A stretch of DNA of 64,000 nt, taken from Dendrobates tinctorius. Lineage: Eukaryota. The first letter of the stretch is position 1, and each line of letters opens with the position of its first letter. A program made the position numbers and the translations under genes. Of the stretch, positions 62,976 to 64,000 are shown piece by piece. Under the pieces are notes generated by a model. That model was not told the origin of the DNA, did not search any database, and was given only the letters and a program-made list of their open reading frames with translations. The stretch lies in NCBI RefSeq assembly GCF_039654945.1, contig NW_027361749.1, positions 11,966,001 through 12,030,000 on the forward strand. Direction: 5' to 3'.

Positions 62976-64000
62976 TTAGTGATGTGACAAATACATGTTT
63001 TTGTTTCTGTAATCATCTGCTGTGAATATACCCCTGGACTCTTTCTTTGGGAAAAACCATACTGCATTTGTATGTGTGCATGCTTTGGTGGCTTACATTT
63101 AATTTAGTTTTTGAGGTTACCTTGGAAAATCTGTCACTGCGATGCCAATATTAAAGTAATAATAATTCACTAATTATGCAAATGTCACAATCGCCAAATG
63201 CTTGTTGACAACATTTGTGTGTTTGGGAATCCTTTCCATTTATCTATTTGGGGTTGTTTCTTGCAGCATGTGCGTAGTGTTCTAAATACATGAAATAATC
63301 CCAGAATAAACTGCCATACAGTATGTGAATATTCCCTAAGGTTATGTGCACAGAGTTGTTCTGAGGTCATTTAAAATGACGAGTTTTCTAGTGGAAACTG
63401 TTTCAGGAAATCCTTCTTTTTTGTGAAGTTTTTGAAGAGGGTTTTTTTTATTTTTGCAGACTTTTGATTGAATTGTTCCTGCTTTTGGAGTGGATTTCAT
63501 CATAGAGGTGATATGTCATTTCTTTACTCCTACCAGGCATTTTTCAAAACATGAAGTGGGAAATAAGATGCTCAAAACACTGAACATAGGACAGAGTGAT
63601 ATTACAATAAAAATTATTGAAAGGAAAAAAATGAGACTAGTGCACATAGGGTGATGAAGTATAGGGTAGAGGAGGTAAGGGGGACGCTCGCCTGACCAGG
63701 TTGTGCATGTCACAACCCCATTAAATGCTGTAGCTGAGCCAGGTATGACAGGGTTAAATCCTAGGGAACAAAACAAAAAGAAAAAATGAAATCTGAGCAC
63801 TTATGAGGAGGGGAAGAAAAGCACACAAAACACTTACACTATATGGATATCTTGAATGTGGACAACTGTTAATGCTCAGTCGGCCTCATCCTACCGTGTC
63901 TGGACATACAAATCTTGTGCCATGTTGTAAGACAGATGGAAAAAAGCAAAAAAAAAAAAAAAAAGGAACGGCAGCTGAAGAGAAGAGCAGTTTTTAAGCA

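Overview
This is eukaryotic, repeat-saturated DNA, very probably from an anuran amphibian. That assignment is inferred from the mix of T2/Kolobok-type MITEs, DIRS1, Penelope, Harbinger, BEL/Pao, CR1 and L2 elements. I recognise no intact host protein-coding gene. The best host signals are a CpG-rich promoter with a probable first exon (~16.7-17.07 kb, + strand) and a candidate small exon at 55890-55942, so most of the window is probably a long intron. The larger elements are: a full-length but lightly mutated two-gene PIF/Harbinger transposon (895-5800); the 5' half of a BEL/Pao LTR retrotransposon; a 5'-truncated CR1; a full-length Tc1; an internally deleted DIRS1 that keeps its ITRs and ICR; a full-length hAT; a degraded L2; two solo LTRs; and Penelope-like insertions carrying minimal hammerhead ribozyme motifs. 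Many MITEs are also present, often nested or chained. The most interesting observations are (i) a 2.4-kb Penelope fold-back with hammerhead motifs on both polarities, (ii) a long fold-back in the shared 3' region of the two convergent Harbinger genes, and (iii) a recurring U1-complementary splice-donor/CRE module in non-autonomous elements of three different superfamilies. None of these is a proven novel system; they are hypotheses from reading the sequence by eye.
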